In this document: positions 22,241 to 33,000 of the stretch, in pieces | Position numbering within the stretch: the first letter of the stretch is position 1 | Layout of the letters: each line of letters begins with the position of its first letter | DNA from: Planktothrix sp. GU0601_MAG3 | GTDB taxonomy: Bacteria > Cyanobacteriota > Cyanobacteriia > Cyanobacteriales > Microcoleaceae | Direction of reading: 5' to 3' | Length of the DNA stretch: 64,000 nt | NCBI GenBank assembly: GCA_035193785.1 | Contig: CP136572.1 | Location: 4,340,578-4,404,577, forward strand | The notes under the pieces: generated by a model | The model's input: only the letters and a program-made list of their open reading frames with translations | Databases searched by the model: none | Told to the model about the DNA's origin: nothing | Program-made: the position numbers and the translations under genes

Positions 22241-22756
22241 ATGGACAGTCCTCAAATATTGCAATTTGTCGATGAAACTGTCTACACCAAGACAGGCAAA
22301 CATCTAAATGACTTGCAGCGAAGGATTATCGGAGGAATACTGAATCGTCAAAAGTATGCTGACGTTGCAGAAACTTATGGCTATAGTGCCAAACACATTA
22401 AGAAAGCTAGTCACGAACTTTTACAAATGTTATCTGATATTTTTGGCGAACAAGTTAAGAAAAGTAATCTTGAATCTGTTTTAGAACGGCAAATAAATCA
22501 AAACATAAATCTTGGTGATTATAATACTTTTCAAAACAATAAAATTAGCTATACTAACAATTGTTCAAATCCTTCTACTCATTCTACTCCTACCCCAGAG
22601 AAAAGTCAGCCCGAAACTCCTGATTTTCATCGCAATAATCAAGCTGATTTTGAAAAAATTGGTAAATTACGGCAATTTGGTTTGAGCGACGAGCAAATTG
22701 CAGAGATACTAGAGATACCTTTAGAGGTGGTTAAGCAGGTGAACTTCGAGGAGTAA
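22241..22756 (+). CDS. HTH protein resembling the N-terminal domain of cyanobacterial NB-ARC/AAA proteins, with an Rpn-like C-terminal tail
   Basis: TGKHLNDLQRRII...YADVAETYGYSAKHIK...LSDIFGEQVKKSNL; tail LRQFGLSDEQIAEILEIPLEVV. Confidence 0.7.
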   Translation: MDSPQILQFVDETVYTKTGKHLNDLQRRIIGGILNRQKYADVAETYGYSAKHIKKASHELLQMLSDIFGEQVKKSNLESVLERQINQNINLGDYNTFQNNKISYTNNCSNPSTHSTPTPEKSQPETPDFHRNNQADFEKIGKLRQFGLSDEQIAEILEIPLEVVKQVNFEE

Positions 22757-22849
22757 GTCTGCCCTATCTCCGAACTTTACTGGAGCGATCGCTCTTATTT
22801 TTTTTGTTATAATCTAATTCTAACTGATTTATTAGTCGATTTCTAAGCT

Positions 22850-22978
22850 ATGAACACAAAACTCATTGAATCTTTAGTACAAATCATCCAGGCACTTTCA
22901 GAAGAGGAGCAATTGCTAATAAAAGCAAAATTATTTAGCAACATCTCCTATCCTTTACCTCTGGAAATAACGCAGTAA
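22850..22978 (+). pseudogene. Truncated antitoxin-like small ORF
   Basis: 42 aa MNTKLIESLVQIIQALSEEEQLLIKAKLF..., resembling a cyanobacterial small-protein family I recall beside toxin genes. Confidence 0.45.
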
Positions 22979-23112
22979 AATAACATGATTAATGTTATCC
23001 AGTTTCTCAATAATTTGATTAATTCCGAGAATTTGTTGTAATTTTCTCAAATTAGGGATCATGTTTTGTCGCCAGTCAGGGAATAAACGATCTTTATTAC
23101 GCATGAGGCTCC

Positions 23113-23201
23113 AGAAACCGGTTTTTTTAGAGCATCTGTTGGTCAAAACGAAGTATTTTGGTAAAAAAACCCGGTTTCTTTAATTGGGTGCGTAAGTCCT
23201 G
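23113..23201. repeat. Oscillatoriales-type REP-like element
   Basis: AGAAACCGGTTTTTTT...AAAAAAACCCGGTTTCT inverted repeat followed by TGCGTAAGTCCTG. Confidence 0.6.
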
Positions 23202-23210
23202 AATATCAGA

Positions 23211-24011
23211 CTATTTCAAATTCAGAAAGTTGTTTAAGGCGGTGACTAATTTGGGCGGCCACCGTCTAACATTTTTTACCCAATCAATATTTTTATATCG
23301 AGCATCCAGTCCCACTACAGCTACCCAATTACTTTCGGCTTCTCCTAGTTTACCAATATCCCATAAACAGGCGGTTAAGGCGGCTCGCATATCGGCAAAA
23401 TTAGGATATTTACGCACTAGATTTTTTATGGTTTTTAGGGCTGCTTCGGTTTCTCCTAATTGATATAATGTTAAGGCATAATTCCCCCGAGCAAAGGAAT
23501 AGTTTTTATCTAAATCACTGGCGGTCTGATAATCTAAAAGAGCATCTGACCATTTTCCTAATCCGGCTTCCGCATTTCCCCGATTATTATAGGCTACGGG
23601 ATCATTAGGGTTAATTTCTAATACTTTATTATAGTCGGCGATCGCTTTTTCCCACTCTCCCAAACCTTCATAAGCCACCCCTCGGTTTAAATAGGAATCG
23701 GGAAAACTCGGTGCTAATTCTATGGATTGATTATAGTCAGAAATCGCCGGATTTAGTTGATTTTGACTAACCCTAACATTGCCTCGGTTACTCCACATCG
23801 CCGGATTTTCAGGATATTGATCAATAATTTTAGTCCAGTAGATTTCTGCTTGGGAAAATTGACCCTTTTGAGTTGCGGTAAACGCCTGCTCAAGCAAAGT
23901 ATCCAAGGCGGAAGATAGGGATTGATTTTCAGCCCCTAGGGGGGTTGCGTTTCCCCAAGTAAAAATCAGGATACTGAAAAATAGAACTATAATTCGGCGA
24001 AACCAACGCAT
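23211..24011 (-). CDS. TPR repeat protein with signal peptide
   Basis: Repeated NRG TPR units; VRRWPP C-terminus. Confidence 0.9.
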   Translation of the reverse strand: MRWFRRIIVLFFSILIFTWGNATPLGAENQSLSSALDTLLEQAFTATQKGQFSQAEIYWTKIIDQYPENPAMWSNRGNVRVSQNQLNPAISDYNQSIELAPSFPDSYLNRGVAYEGLGEWEKAIADYNKVLEINPNDPVAYNNRGNAEAGLGKWSDALLDYQTASDLDKNYSFARGNYALTLYQLGETEAALKTIKNLVRKYPNFADMRAALTACLWDIGKLGEAESNWVAVVGLDARYKNIDWVKNVRRWPPKLVTALNNFLNLK

Positions 24012-24030
24012 TTTAGGTGTTAATCAGAAT

Positions 24031-24190
24031 AATTACGAATTACGAATTACGAATGGGGATAATATAGCAGTCTGCAAGGCAGGGGGAGCAGGGGAGGCAG
24101 GGGAGGTAAACTCTTTCTATTGCCCATTGCCTATTGCCCATTGCCCATTGCCTATTGCCTATTGCCTGTTTCCCTGTTCCCTGTTCCCTT
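24031..24190 (+). repeat. Composite STRR element
   Basis: AATTACG, GGGGAGCAG, conserved core, CCCATTG/CCTATTG and CCTGTTC tracts. Confidence 0.85.
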
Positions 24191-24228
24191 CAGTATTTGG
24201 GATCGCTATAGTTTAAATTCTTAACAAC

Positions 24229-25792
24229 TTATTCATCCACATCAATTCTCCCTTGAACTCCTTGAATAATTCGAGATAATTCATTCTTTTCATTAACAGA
24301 AATTCGGCTGGGAGAACCACTAATAATCCGTTCATAATCCCGGAAAGAATCCGTAATTAACGGGCCATGATCACTAATAGTATATTCTCTAATGCCTTTA
24401 TCATGCCAGGAACCCCGCATTTTAAATACATTCAATGCCCGGCACATTTCCCCGCGAATTTCCACATATTGCAGCATCAAAATCGTATCGGTAATCGTTG
24501 AAATATGGGAATCGGTAATAGAATTAGATCCCATAAACTGATCAGTTGTATTGGTGAAAAATCCTGTGATTTCCTCCTGTTTGGCATAACCTGTTACCCC
24601 AATTACAAATTGACGGAAGGCGTTATTACTCACCCCTCGCGCCAAAGCTGATAAGGAATCAATGGCAATTCTATCAGGTTTAAAATCGGAAATTTCCGAT
24701 TTAATAATTTGCAAATGATCTTCTAACCCAGTAGATTCAGGATAACTGCATAAGATTTTCAGTAAACCTTTGCTTTCCATTTCTTCAAAGTCAATACCCC
24801 AGGAACTCGCATTTCTAAACAATTGAGATCGGGATTCTTCGTAAGCAAATAACAGCGCCCGTTGACCATTTCTACAGGCATTTTCCAGAAAAATACTAAC
24901 TAATAAAGTTTTACCTGTTCCCGTGGCTCCGGTCGCCAGAATAATCGAATCTTTGAAGAAACCGCCCCCACACATTTTATCGAGGGTTGTATTTCCAGAA
25001 GAAACCCTAACATTAGAAGAACGTTGGGTAAGTCGCATCGCCCCCAGGGGAAAAATACTAATTCCATTATTAGTAATCGTAAACGGATATTCTCCTTTCA
25101 TGTGGGTTGTACCCCGTAATTTCAGAATTTCCGCCGTGCGCCGCCGTCGTTTCTCCTTCTAAAACATTTCTCAAAATTACGACATTATCGGAGACAAATT
25201 CTTCCACCCCAAACCGAGCCACCGGGCCATATTCAGCCTCTCGTTCCGTGGTCATAATCGTAGTGGCTCCCACCTGTTTTAGTCGCGCCACCAGGCGAAA
25301 AATCTCCCGTCTCACTACTCCAGCGGCATCATATTGTTGGAAAACGGCTGTTACTGAATCAATTGATACTCGTCTAGCTTTATATTTACGAATAGCATAT
25401 TGAATCCGTTCAATTAATGCAGATAGGTCAAAATTGCCGACAATATCCTGTCCCTCTGGGTCGGGGGAAGCATCCAAGATAAATAATTTACCTTCATCAA
25501 TTAATTTTTGCAGATCCCATCCAAAACTAGAAGCGTTTTTAATAATATCTGTAGGTGATTCTTCAAAGGTAATAAAAATCCCGGGTTCATCAAAATAGAC
25601 AATTCCATGGTAGAGAAAGTGAACCGCAAATAGGGTTTTTCCGGTTCCCGAAGTTCCGCTAACTAGGGTAGCTCTAGCAATGGGCATTCCCCCATGACTA
25701 ATATCATCAAACCCTTCGATCATGGTGCGAATTTTTTGCACCCCGGTTAGTTTGCGTTCATTACCTTTGGCTTCCTGAGAACTTTCAGTCAT
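24229..25792 (-). CDS. kaiC: Circadian clock protein KaiC (frameshift ~25150)
   Basis: Two RecA-like domains (GTSGTGKT, GATGTGKT), ISTITDT phosphosites, ERIISGSP A-loop and tail. Confidence 0.97.
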
Positions 25793-25964
25793 AAATTTTA
25801 ATTTTAAAAGACGTAGCAGGTGATCGATCAACCCGCGATACTATTGCTACATTTACCATAAAATTAGGAACATTCACACTCCCCCACCTAGCTGAACTGC
25901 GGGGGATCGGTTGATAAACTTGAGGAACAATTGTCTGAAAATACCGGAGTTTGCTTGACCTGTC

Positions 25965-26267
25965 TCAATCATCCATCAGTTCTTCATACAGAAGATCAAG
26001 CCCAATTAAGACTTTTTCGCGGTCGGACAGATCCCCAATAATTTTTCGCACCGGAGGGGGCAAAATTTTGGACAGGGTAGGAGTCGCCAAAATTTTGTCT
26101 TCCTCAGCCAGTTGGGGATTTTTGAGAACATCAATCACTTTTAAGGCATAAACCCCTTGAAATTCCTGTTCTAAGATGTCTTTGAGGGTTTTTAACGCCC
26201 GGACTGAGTTGGGCGTATTTCCGGCGACATAGAGTTTGAGGACATAGGTTTTTTGGAGAGGACTCAT
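25965..26267 (-). CDS. kaiB: Circadian clock protein KaiB
   Basis: [18 protein letters not shown]...[21 protein letters not shown]. Confidence 0.98.
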   Translation of the reverse strand: MSPLQKTYVLKLYVAGNTPNSVRALKTLKDILEQEFQGVYALKVIDVLKNPQLAEEDKILATPTLSKILPPPVRKIIGDLSDREKVLIGLDLLYEELMDD

Positions 26268-26299
26268 AGATTTTTAGGGGTTAATAAAGTAACATCCAT

Positions 26300-27065
26300 T
26301 TAGTCTGCGAGGGTAAGAATCTCTACACCGGTTTCTGTGACGGCAACGGTATGTTCAAATTGGGCGGAGAGTTTTTGATCTTTGGTGATAGCCGTCCAAC
26401 CATCATCTAAAACTTGGGCTTCCCAAGTCCCTTCATTAATCATCGGTTTCGATGGTAAAGACCATCCCGGGACGTAGGCGTTTTCCTTTTCCCCGTTTTC
26501 CATAGTGGGGAATTTGGGGGGCGGTATGAAACACCGTATTGACTCCATGACCGACAAAATCCCGCACGACGGAAAAGCCCTGGGCTTCGGCATATTCTTG
26601 AATGGCCGCCCCAATATCGCCTACCCGTCCATCGGGTTTAACGGCTTCAATTCCTCGCCTTAAACATTCTTCTGTAACTTCGACTAATTTTCTAGCTACG
26701 GCCGAAGGCGTCCCAACAAAAAAGGTGCGGGACACGTCACCATAATAGCCGTCTAGGATGGGGGTAACATCGACATTGATAATATCCCCATCTTTGAGAA
26801 TCTGTTTGGCGTTGGGGATGCCATGACAGATGACTTCATTCACGCTGGTACAGATTGATTTGGGAAATCCATGATAGCCCAGGGGGGCACTGCGGGCGCC
26901 GTGTTCATGTGTCCAGCGTTCGGCTTCGTCGTTAAGTTCTAGGGTACTCACCCCGGGTTGAATCATCGGTTCGAGATGATTTAACAGTTGCACCGCCAGG
27001 CGTCCGGCTTGACGCATTTTTTCGATTTCTCGGCGGGATAAAAGAACAATTGTTTCACTGCCCAT
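26300..27065 (-). CDS. map: Type I methionine aminopeptidase (frameshift ~26447)
   Basis: CTSVNEVICHGIP, GHGV, FTIE-PMIN and SAQFEHT. Confidence 0.96.
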
Positions 27066-27143
27066 GGGTTTGTTGAAAATCTGAATATATCTCGCAGGTT
27101 ATCAGCGTTTCTACTAAAATATCATAATTAGGGCAAGGGGCAG

Positions 27144-27287
27144 GGAATTACGAATTACGAATTACGAATTACGAATTACGAATGGGTAATGGGTAATGGG
27201 TAATGGGTAATGGGTAATGGGTAATAAATCAACTCTTACACTAATAGCTAATAACTGATGACTGATGACTGATGACTGATAACTGAT
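27144..27287 (+). repeat. STRR tracts (AATTACG)n, (GGGTAAT)n, (TGACTGA)n
   Basis: Direct reading. Confidence 0.9.
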
Positions 27288-27332
27288 TTATGGGTTGAGA
27301 AATTACCTCTAGCTCCTAAAAAAAATCAAATA

Positions 27333-27750
27333 TTAATCAACGTGGAAATGATAAATAATTTCACCGTTGGATTTTTGTTCAAATTTCCCATTTAATTCCT
27401 GGGCTTTTTGATCTAAAAATATTTTGGCTTCGAGTCGGGATAAATGGGTATATTGAGCTAATTTATGCACACTAATTTCCCCACCTTGGACTTTAACTAA
27501 ATGCCAAAAGATAGCACTAATCCGTCGAGAGCGAGCTTGATTTTTTTGGCGACGTTCTCGAACCCAATCCCAGGCGACCCATCCCCCAATTCCCAGGGAA
27601 GGTAAACCGAGGATTAATCCCCCCAAAATAATACTGAGTCTCCCATCGGCCGTTGAATTAGGATTAATTAATTCCGTGGCGATCGCTAATAAACAACCCA
27701 TTCCTACTGGAAACTAATAAACTGGCTGTGATTATCTTCAGGAATTGCAT
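27333..27750 (-). CDS. Hypothetical membrane protein (indel near 5' end)
   Basis: Two TM helices and a winged-helix-like C-terminus; ATG at 27750 is one base out of frame. Confidence 0.65.
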
Positions 27751-27800
27751 CGTTTTTCCTCTCTGCTGAGAGAGCGCGGAACACCATTAAAGCCGCATTA

Positions 27801-28083
27801 GCAGGGGGAGCAGGGGGAGCAGGGGGAGCAGGGGAGGCAGGGGGAGCAGGGGGAGCAGGGGGAGCAGGGGAGGCAGGGGGAGCAGGGGGAGCAGGGGGAG
27901 CAGGGGGAGCAAACTATTGCCTGTTGCCTATTGCCTATTGCCTATTGCCTATTGCCTATTGCCTGTTGCCTATTGCCCATTGCCTATTGCCCATTGCCTA
28001 TTGCCTATTGCCTATTGCCTGTTGCCTGTTGCCTGTTGCCTGTTGCCTATTGCTTATTGCCTGTTGCCTGTTGCCTGTTCCCT
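27801..28083 (+). repeat. (GGGGGAGCA)n tract followed by a (CTATTGC/CTGTTGC)n tract
   Basis: About 12 nonamers then more than 20 heptamers. Confidence 0.95.
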
Positions 28084-28095
28084 TTTGTGTGTCTC

Positions 28096-28788
28096 CTAAT
28101 CCTTATTGCGTATTGCTTCAATTAACCGGGAATAGTAGAAGCTAGTCCCGATCATAGTTTGTCGTTGAATCGAAAAACCATTATCACTAAAAATTTTAAC
28201 AATATTCGCCTCCTTATGTTGGTAGGCACGGGTAGTTTTACTCGGCCCAGGAAATAATTCCCCAACTTTTTTAAGCATACTTAATGCTAAGGTTTTAGGC
28301 GCGAAACTCAAAATCACCCGGGACTCGGCTAGGGAACACAGATGAGAAATCATCTCAGGAATTTGCTCTTGGGGATAATGAATCAAAACATCCAAACAAA
28401 TCACCGTATGATAGCGACCCTGTAGGGTTTCCAAATCCTGGGCTGTGAAACTGAGTTTCTGGATCACGTTTAGGAGGTCTTTTGCCCGATCATAAGCCTC
28501 AGCCACCATTTTTTCCGAAATATCACTACCGTATACAATAGCTCCAGCTTCAGCTAGGGGAATACTCAAACTGCCCACACCACACCCCGCGTCACAGATG
28601 CTTAAACCCGGCAGGTTATTATCGGCTTTTAACCACTCCAAGACTTGATCAACGGTTTGTTGATGTCCTTGACGAATATCAAGTTGCACCTTATTCACTT
28701 GACCGTCACCGTAGATGCGTCTCCACCGATCAAATCCTGTGCTATTAAAATAATCCCGAACTACGGTTTTCTCGTCTGCTACACTCAT
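28096..28788 (-). CDS. chlM: Mg-protoporphyrin IX methyltransferase
   Basis: [32 protein letters not shown] and [14 protein letters not shown]. Confidence 0.97.
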   Translation of the reverse strand: MSVADEKTVVRDYFNSTGFDRWRRIYGDGQVNKVQLDIRQGHQQTVDQVLEWLKADNNLPGLSICDAGCGVGSLSIPLAEAGAIVYGSDISEKMVAEAYDRAKDLLNVIQKLSFTAQDLETLQGRYHTVICLDVLIHYPQEQIPEMISHLCSLAESRVILSFAPKTLALSMLKKVGELFPGPSKTTRAYQHKEANIVKIFSDNGFSIQRQTMIGTSFYYSRLIEAIRNKD

Positions 28789-28835
28789 GGGTTTGTTTGA
28801 AATTAATTCCGTCCAAACCTTTATTGTAAGGCATA

Positions 28836-29035
28836 TAGGAGTAGGGGCAGCAGGGGAGGCAGGGGGAGTAGGGGAGCAGGGGAGGTAAACTCTTGCTATT
28901 ACCCATTACCCAAAACCCATTACCCAAAACCCATTACCCAAAACCCCAAACCCAAAACCCATTACCCAAAACCCATTACCCAAAACCCCAAACCCAAAAC
29001 CCATTACCCATTACCCATTACCCATTACCCATTAC
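28836..29035 (+). repeat. Composite STRR element (G-rich tract, core, ACCCATT/ACCCAAA tract)
   Basis: Direct reading. Confidence 0.9.
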
Positions 29036-29055
29036 TAGAAGGAAGGGTGTGCCGT

Positions 29056-29574
29056 TTATTGAACGCGGACGTCGATGACTGTGCCGTTAAAGTTGTAATT
29101 TTTGCCGTCGAGTTCAACGGTAGTACCCACTTTAATTTTGATATTGCCTAAAACCGGGCCATTTTCGGTGATTTGACCTTTTCCCTCTAGGGTTAAAAGC
29201 AAATTATTATTAAATAGATTATCGGCGGTGGGGTCGGGTAGGGCTTTTAATGTACCATCCGGTTGAGTCACGGGGATAATTCTGGGTAAAAAATTGACTT
29301 TATTTAAAGTAATTTGACCATAGGGTTGATTCCGAATAATTAAGTTAATTTTTTCTCCGGTTTTAAATAATTCTTTGGCGTTACTGCTTTTGAGTCCTAC
29401 CACCAAAACATCTATGGTCACGGGACGGGTTGTTACACCGACTTGAGCCACTGAACCCGATGTTCCTGGATAGAAGAAAACCCCAAACAGCACCAGTAAA
29501 ATCACTAAAGCCGCGCCAAAATCGAGAATACTAATCCTACCAAAGAGACGACCTTGAGAATCTAAAATTTTCAT
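29056..29574 (-). CDS. DUF4330 family protein
   Basis: MKILDSQGRLFGRISILD, TM, IIRNQPYG and KIKVG. Confidence 0.85.
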   Translation of the reverse strand: MKILDSQGRLFGRISILDFGAALVILLVLFGVFFYPGTSGSVAQVGVTTRPVTIDVLVVGLKSSNAKELFKTGEKINLIIRNQPYGQITLNKVNFLPRIIPVTQPDGTLKALPDPTADNLFNNNLLLTLEGKGQITENGPVLGNIKIKVGTTVELDGKNYNFNGTVIDVRVQ

Positions 29575-30032
29575 AGAACAAATGCACAATAAGTTTTACA
29601 GAGGATTGAACCTTGTCGATTGACAAAAACCTGTACTAGAGGGAAAAACTCAAGGAAACAGCGACAAACAAAACAACCCCGGGTCAAGTTACCCTCAAAA
29701 ATTTTAAATCTAAAGGCGATCAGAAGCCAAAATAGAAGTAAAGATTCTCGTTTGATCCCCAAAGATAACATCAATCTGGATTTTGTCTTTGATAACTCCC
29801 CCTGACCCCTAGCACCGGAAATCTCAACCTCAAAAATCGCCTTCAAGGTTGCCAGAGTCGGAGTAAACGGCAAAATTAGGTAAGACATCCACTGAAAATA
29901 CCAATATGCTGGTAGTAGGAGTGGGTGTTACCCCCCAGGTACTTCAACCCTTTTCTTTAATGATTGGCCTAGTTTACCCCAAACCAAGTCCTAAACCTGA
30001 TTTCACTCAGTACCAACCCCAATTGGCCTTTT

Positions 30033-33000
30033 ATGTTTATTCCCTCAGTCCGTCAAGCAATCAACCGCCATCCCCTCACCACTGCACCGGAAACCCCTGT
30101 ATCCGAGGTGATTTTGTTGATGAGTCGTACCCGTTCTAGTTGTATTTTTGTGATTGAAACCGGACGATATTGTCAATCAAAAGTCAACGGTCATCGGAAT
30201 TTTTACAGAACAAGATATTATTCAGCTTAATTCTATTGGAGATCCATTGCGAGGATTTCCAATTTCTCAAATTATGATTCGGTCATTTGTCACGGTGAAG
30301 GAATCGGAGGTGGATGATATCTTTACCTTGATGGGGATATTAGAAAAACATCAAATTCAACAGCTTCCCGTTGTTGATGAGCAAGGAAGATTAGTCGGGG
30401 TCATTAGTCCTAAAATTATTCTACAACTCTCTTTAAGAGATTCGGAAGCCAAAAAAATAGCTAGGGCTTTACCCCCTGTTCCTCAAGAAATTTCTCTGGG
30501 ATTATCTTCTAACTCGGATTTGGTTTTACCTGAACATCAACCCAATTGTCAACAACTTCTGGATCATCTTTTTATTCCCGATCATTTAATTAAACTGAAT
30601 CAACTTGCCCCCATTCCTAATTCTAAAATTGTGCCGACATCGGGGGAGGCAACCATCCGAGAAGTAACGGAATTAATGTTTAACTATGGTGTGGATGAAA
30701 TTATAATTACGGAAACCTCTCCTCCTAATTCTCAGTTCACAGGAGAGCAGATTTCCAGAACACAATCTCAATGTAAATGGGTAGGCGTTGTGACCTCCCA
30801 GGATATTATTTCCATACAGGCATTGGGCTTGGATCTAAAAACCGTAAAAGCAATTACGATTTGTAATACCCCGCCGTTGGTTTTGCGATCGCAGGTTTCC
30901 CTAAAAACGGCATTAAACTTAATGAGAAAATATTATTATCAACTCCCAATAATTTTGGTGGATGATCATAATAATCCTGTTACCCTCATCTCTCCTAAAA
31001 CCCTATTGTTGCAAGTTCTCCAACCCAAGTCGATGCACAATACTCTCCTGAGTTGGCAGCATCAATTTCAGGAGGGATTAAAAGCAACTCCATCTTCTCC
31101 TGAGTCCTTGCCTTTATCCTCAAGTCATCCAGTTAAGGAACCTTTAAAATCAAACCTGGAAGGGGTTTATCATTGGAACTTAAAAACGAACGAAATCTTA
31201 TATTCTGCCCAATGGAAAGCCATATTAGGATATCAAGATCATGAGATTAAAAATACCCGAGAAGAATGGTTAAGTCGGATTCATCCTCAAGATTTGAAAC
31301 TGGTTAAAGTCACTCTAAAAGATTATTTTTCCAAGAAAAATAGTGAATATCTTATAGAATATCGTATCCGGTGTAAAAACGGTGAATATAAATCTGTATG
31401 CACTCGAGGTCAGGGTTTTTGGAGTGAAAAAGGGGAACCTTTGCACTTGATTGGGGTTCAAATTGATGCGGCATCCTCTTACTTAGAAAAAACTCCATCC
31501 TTGAATAGTAATTATCCCATTGATGATCCGATTCAACAGTTAAAATCTATTGTCTTTAAAACCGATAGTCAAGGAAATTTTATATTTTTAAATTCCGCCT
31601 GGACTCAGCTAACAGGATTAACCATAGAAAATAGCTTGGGTACATCATTTGTAAATTATATTTATTCTCAAGATCGGACAAAAGTTAGCCAATGGTTTGA
31701 ATCCTTAATGTTAGGTCGTCCTAAAACAGAGCAACTTGATGTCCGAATGTTAGTGTTTAATATTAAAGAGAAGGAAGGGGGCGGACAGTCTTCCCCTCCG
31801 GCAACTCGTCGGGTTTTAATTTCAGGTCAATTAATCTTAGATGAACATAAGCATATTTTAGGAGTTTTAGGCACATTAAATGATATTGCAGAACAGTTTA
31901 AAGAGTTAAATGATCTCAGAGAAAGAGAAAAACTAATCCATCAATTCCACGAAATTACGGTTAGTCATAATACGGATTTTGAAACTCGAGTGAGTGCAAT
32001 CTTAAGTCTAGGTTGTCATCGGTTTGGCATGGATATTGGCTTACTAGGAAAAGTTTTTGCTGACCGATATGAAGTAATTTCTTCCTATCTTGCCGATGAT
32101 TTTCCCTTTGGATTTGCCAAGGGGGATACCTTAGCTATTGAACAAACTTTTGAATGGGAAGCCTTAAAAACAGAGGATGTTGTTTGTTTAGAATCGATTA
32201 AACAATCACCTTGGAAAGACCATCGGGCCTATCAAACCCGACGTTTAGAAGCCTATATTGGTATCCGGGTAATGGTGGGAGGAAGGGTCTATGGAACCCT
32301 AAGTTTTATGAGTCCCAATTCCCGCGCCTCGTTTCAAGAATTGGATTTAGAAATTATGCAATTGATGGCAAATTATATTGGAAATGAAATTGCTAGGGAT
32401 CATGCCCAAGAGATTCTCCAACAACAAAATCAACATTTATTATTACTCAAAGAAATTACCCATAAGGTGCGTTCTAAATTAGATACACAAGAAATTTTTC
32501 AAACTACTGCCACCCAAATTGGTAGAATTTTTGGGGTGAATCGCTGTTCAATTTATACCTATCGATCTGACCCCTATCCCCATTTATCTTGTGTGGCAGA
32601 ATATCTGGAATCCGGTTATGATTCGACCTTGAATTTTGAAATTTCCGTGAGTTATAATCCCTATATTGAAAAACTTCTGGCTGAAGATCAAGCGATCGCT
32701 TCGGTGGATGTTTTTACCGAACCTTTATTAGAATCCTCTGCCCCGATGTGTCGGCGCATGGGCTTAAAATCAATGTTAGCAGTTCGGACTTCCTATCAAG
32801 GAGATGCTAACGGGATTATGATGCTGCATCAATGCGATAAAATGCGGCAATGGATACCGGAAGAAATTGAATTTTTAGAAGATGTTGCCAATCAAGTTGG
32901 ATTAACTTTAGCCCAAGCTAAACTATTAGAAGCCGAGGTAAAAAATCGTCAACAATTAGCTGAACAAAATAAAGATTTAGAAGAAGCTAGATTAGCAGCA

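Noticed and set aside
11073..26267. pex and kaiBC forming a clock gene cluster
   Set aside because: They are separated by ~13 kb of unrelated genes, so proximity is not evidence of linkage.
27917..28145. Three overlapping LLPIAYC-repeat ORFs (also 28893-29078)
   Set aside because: They are translations of heptamer STRR tracts, not genes.
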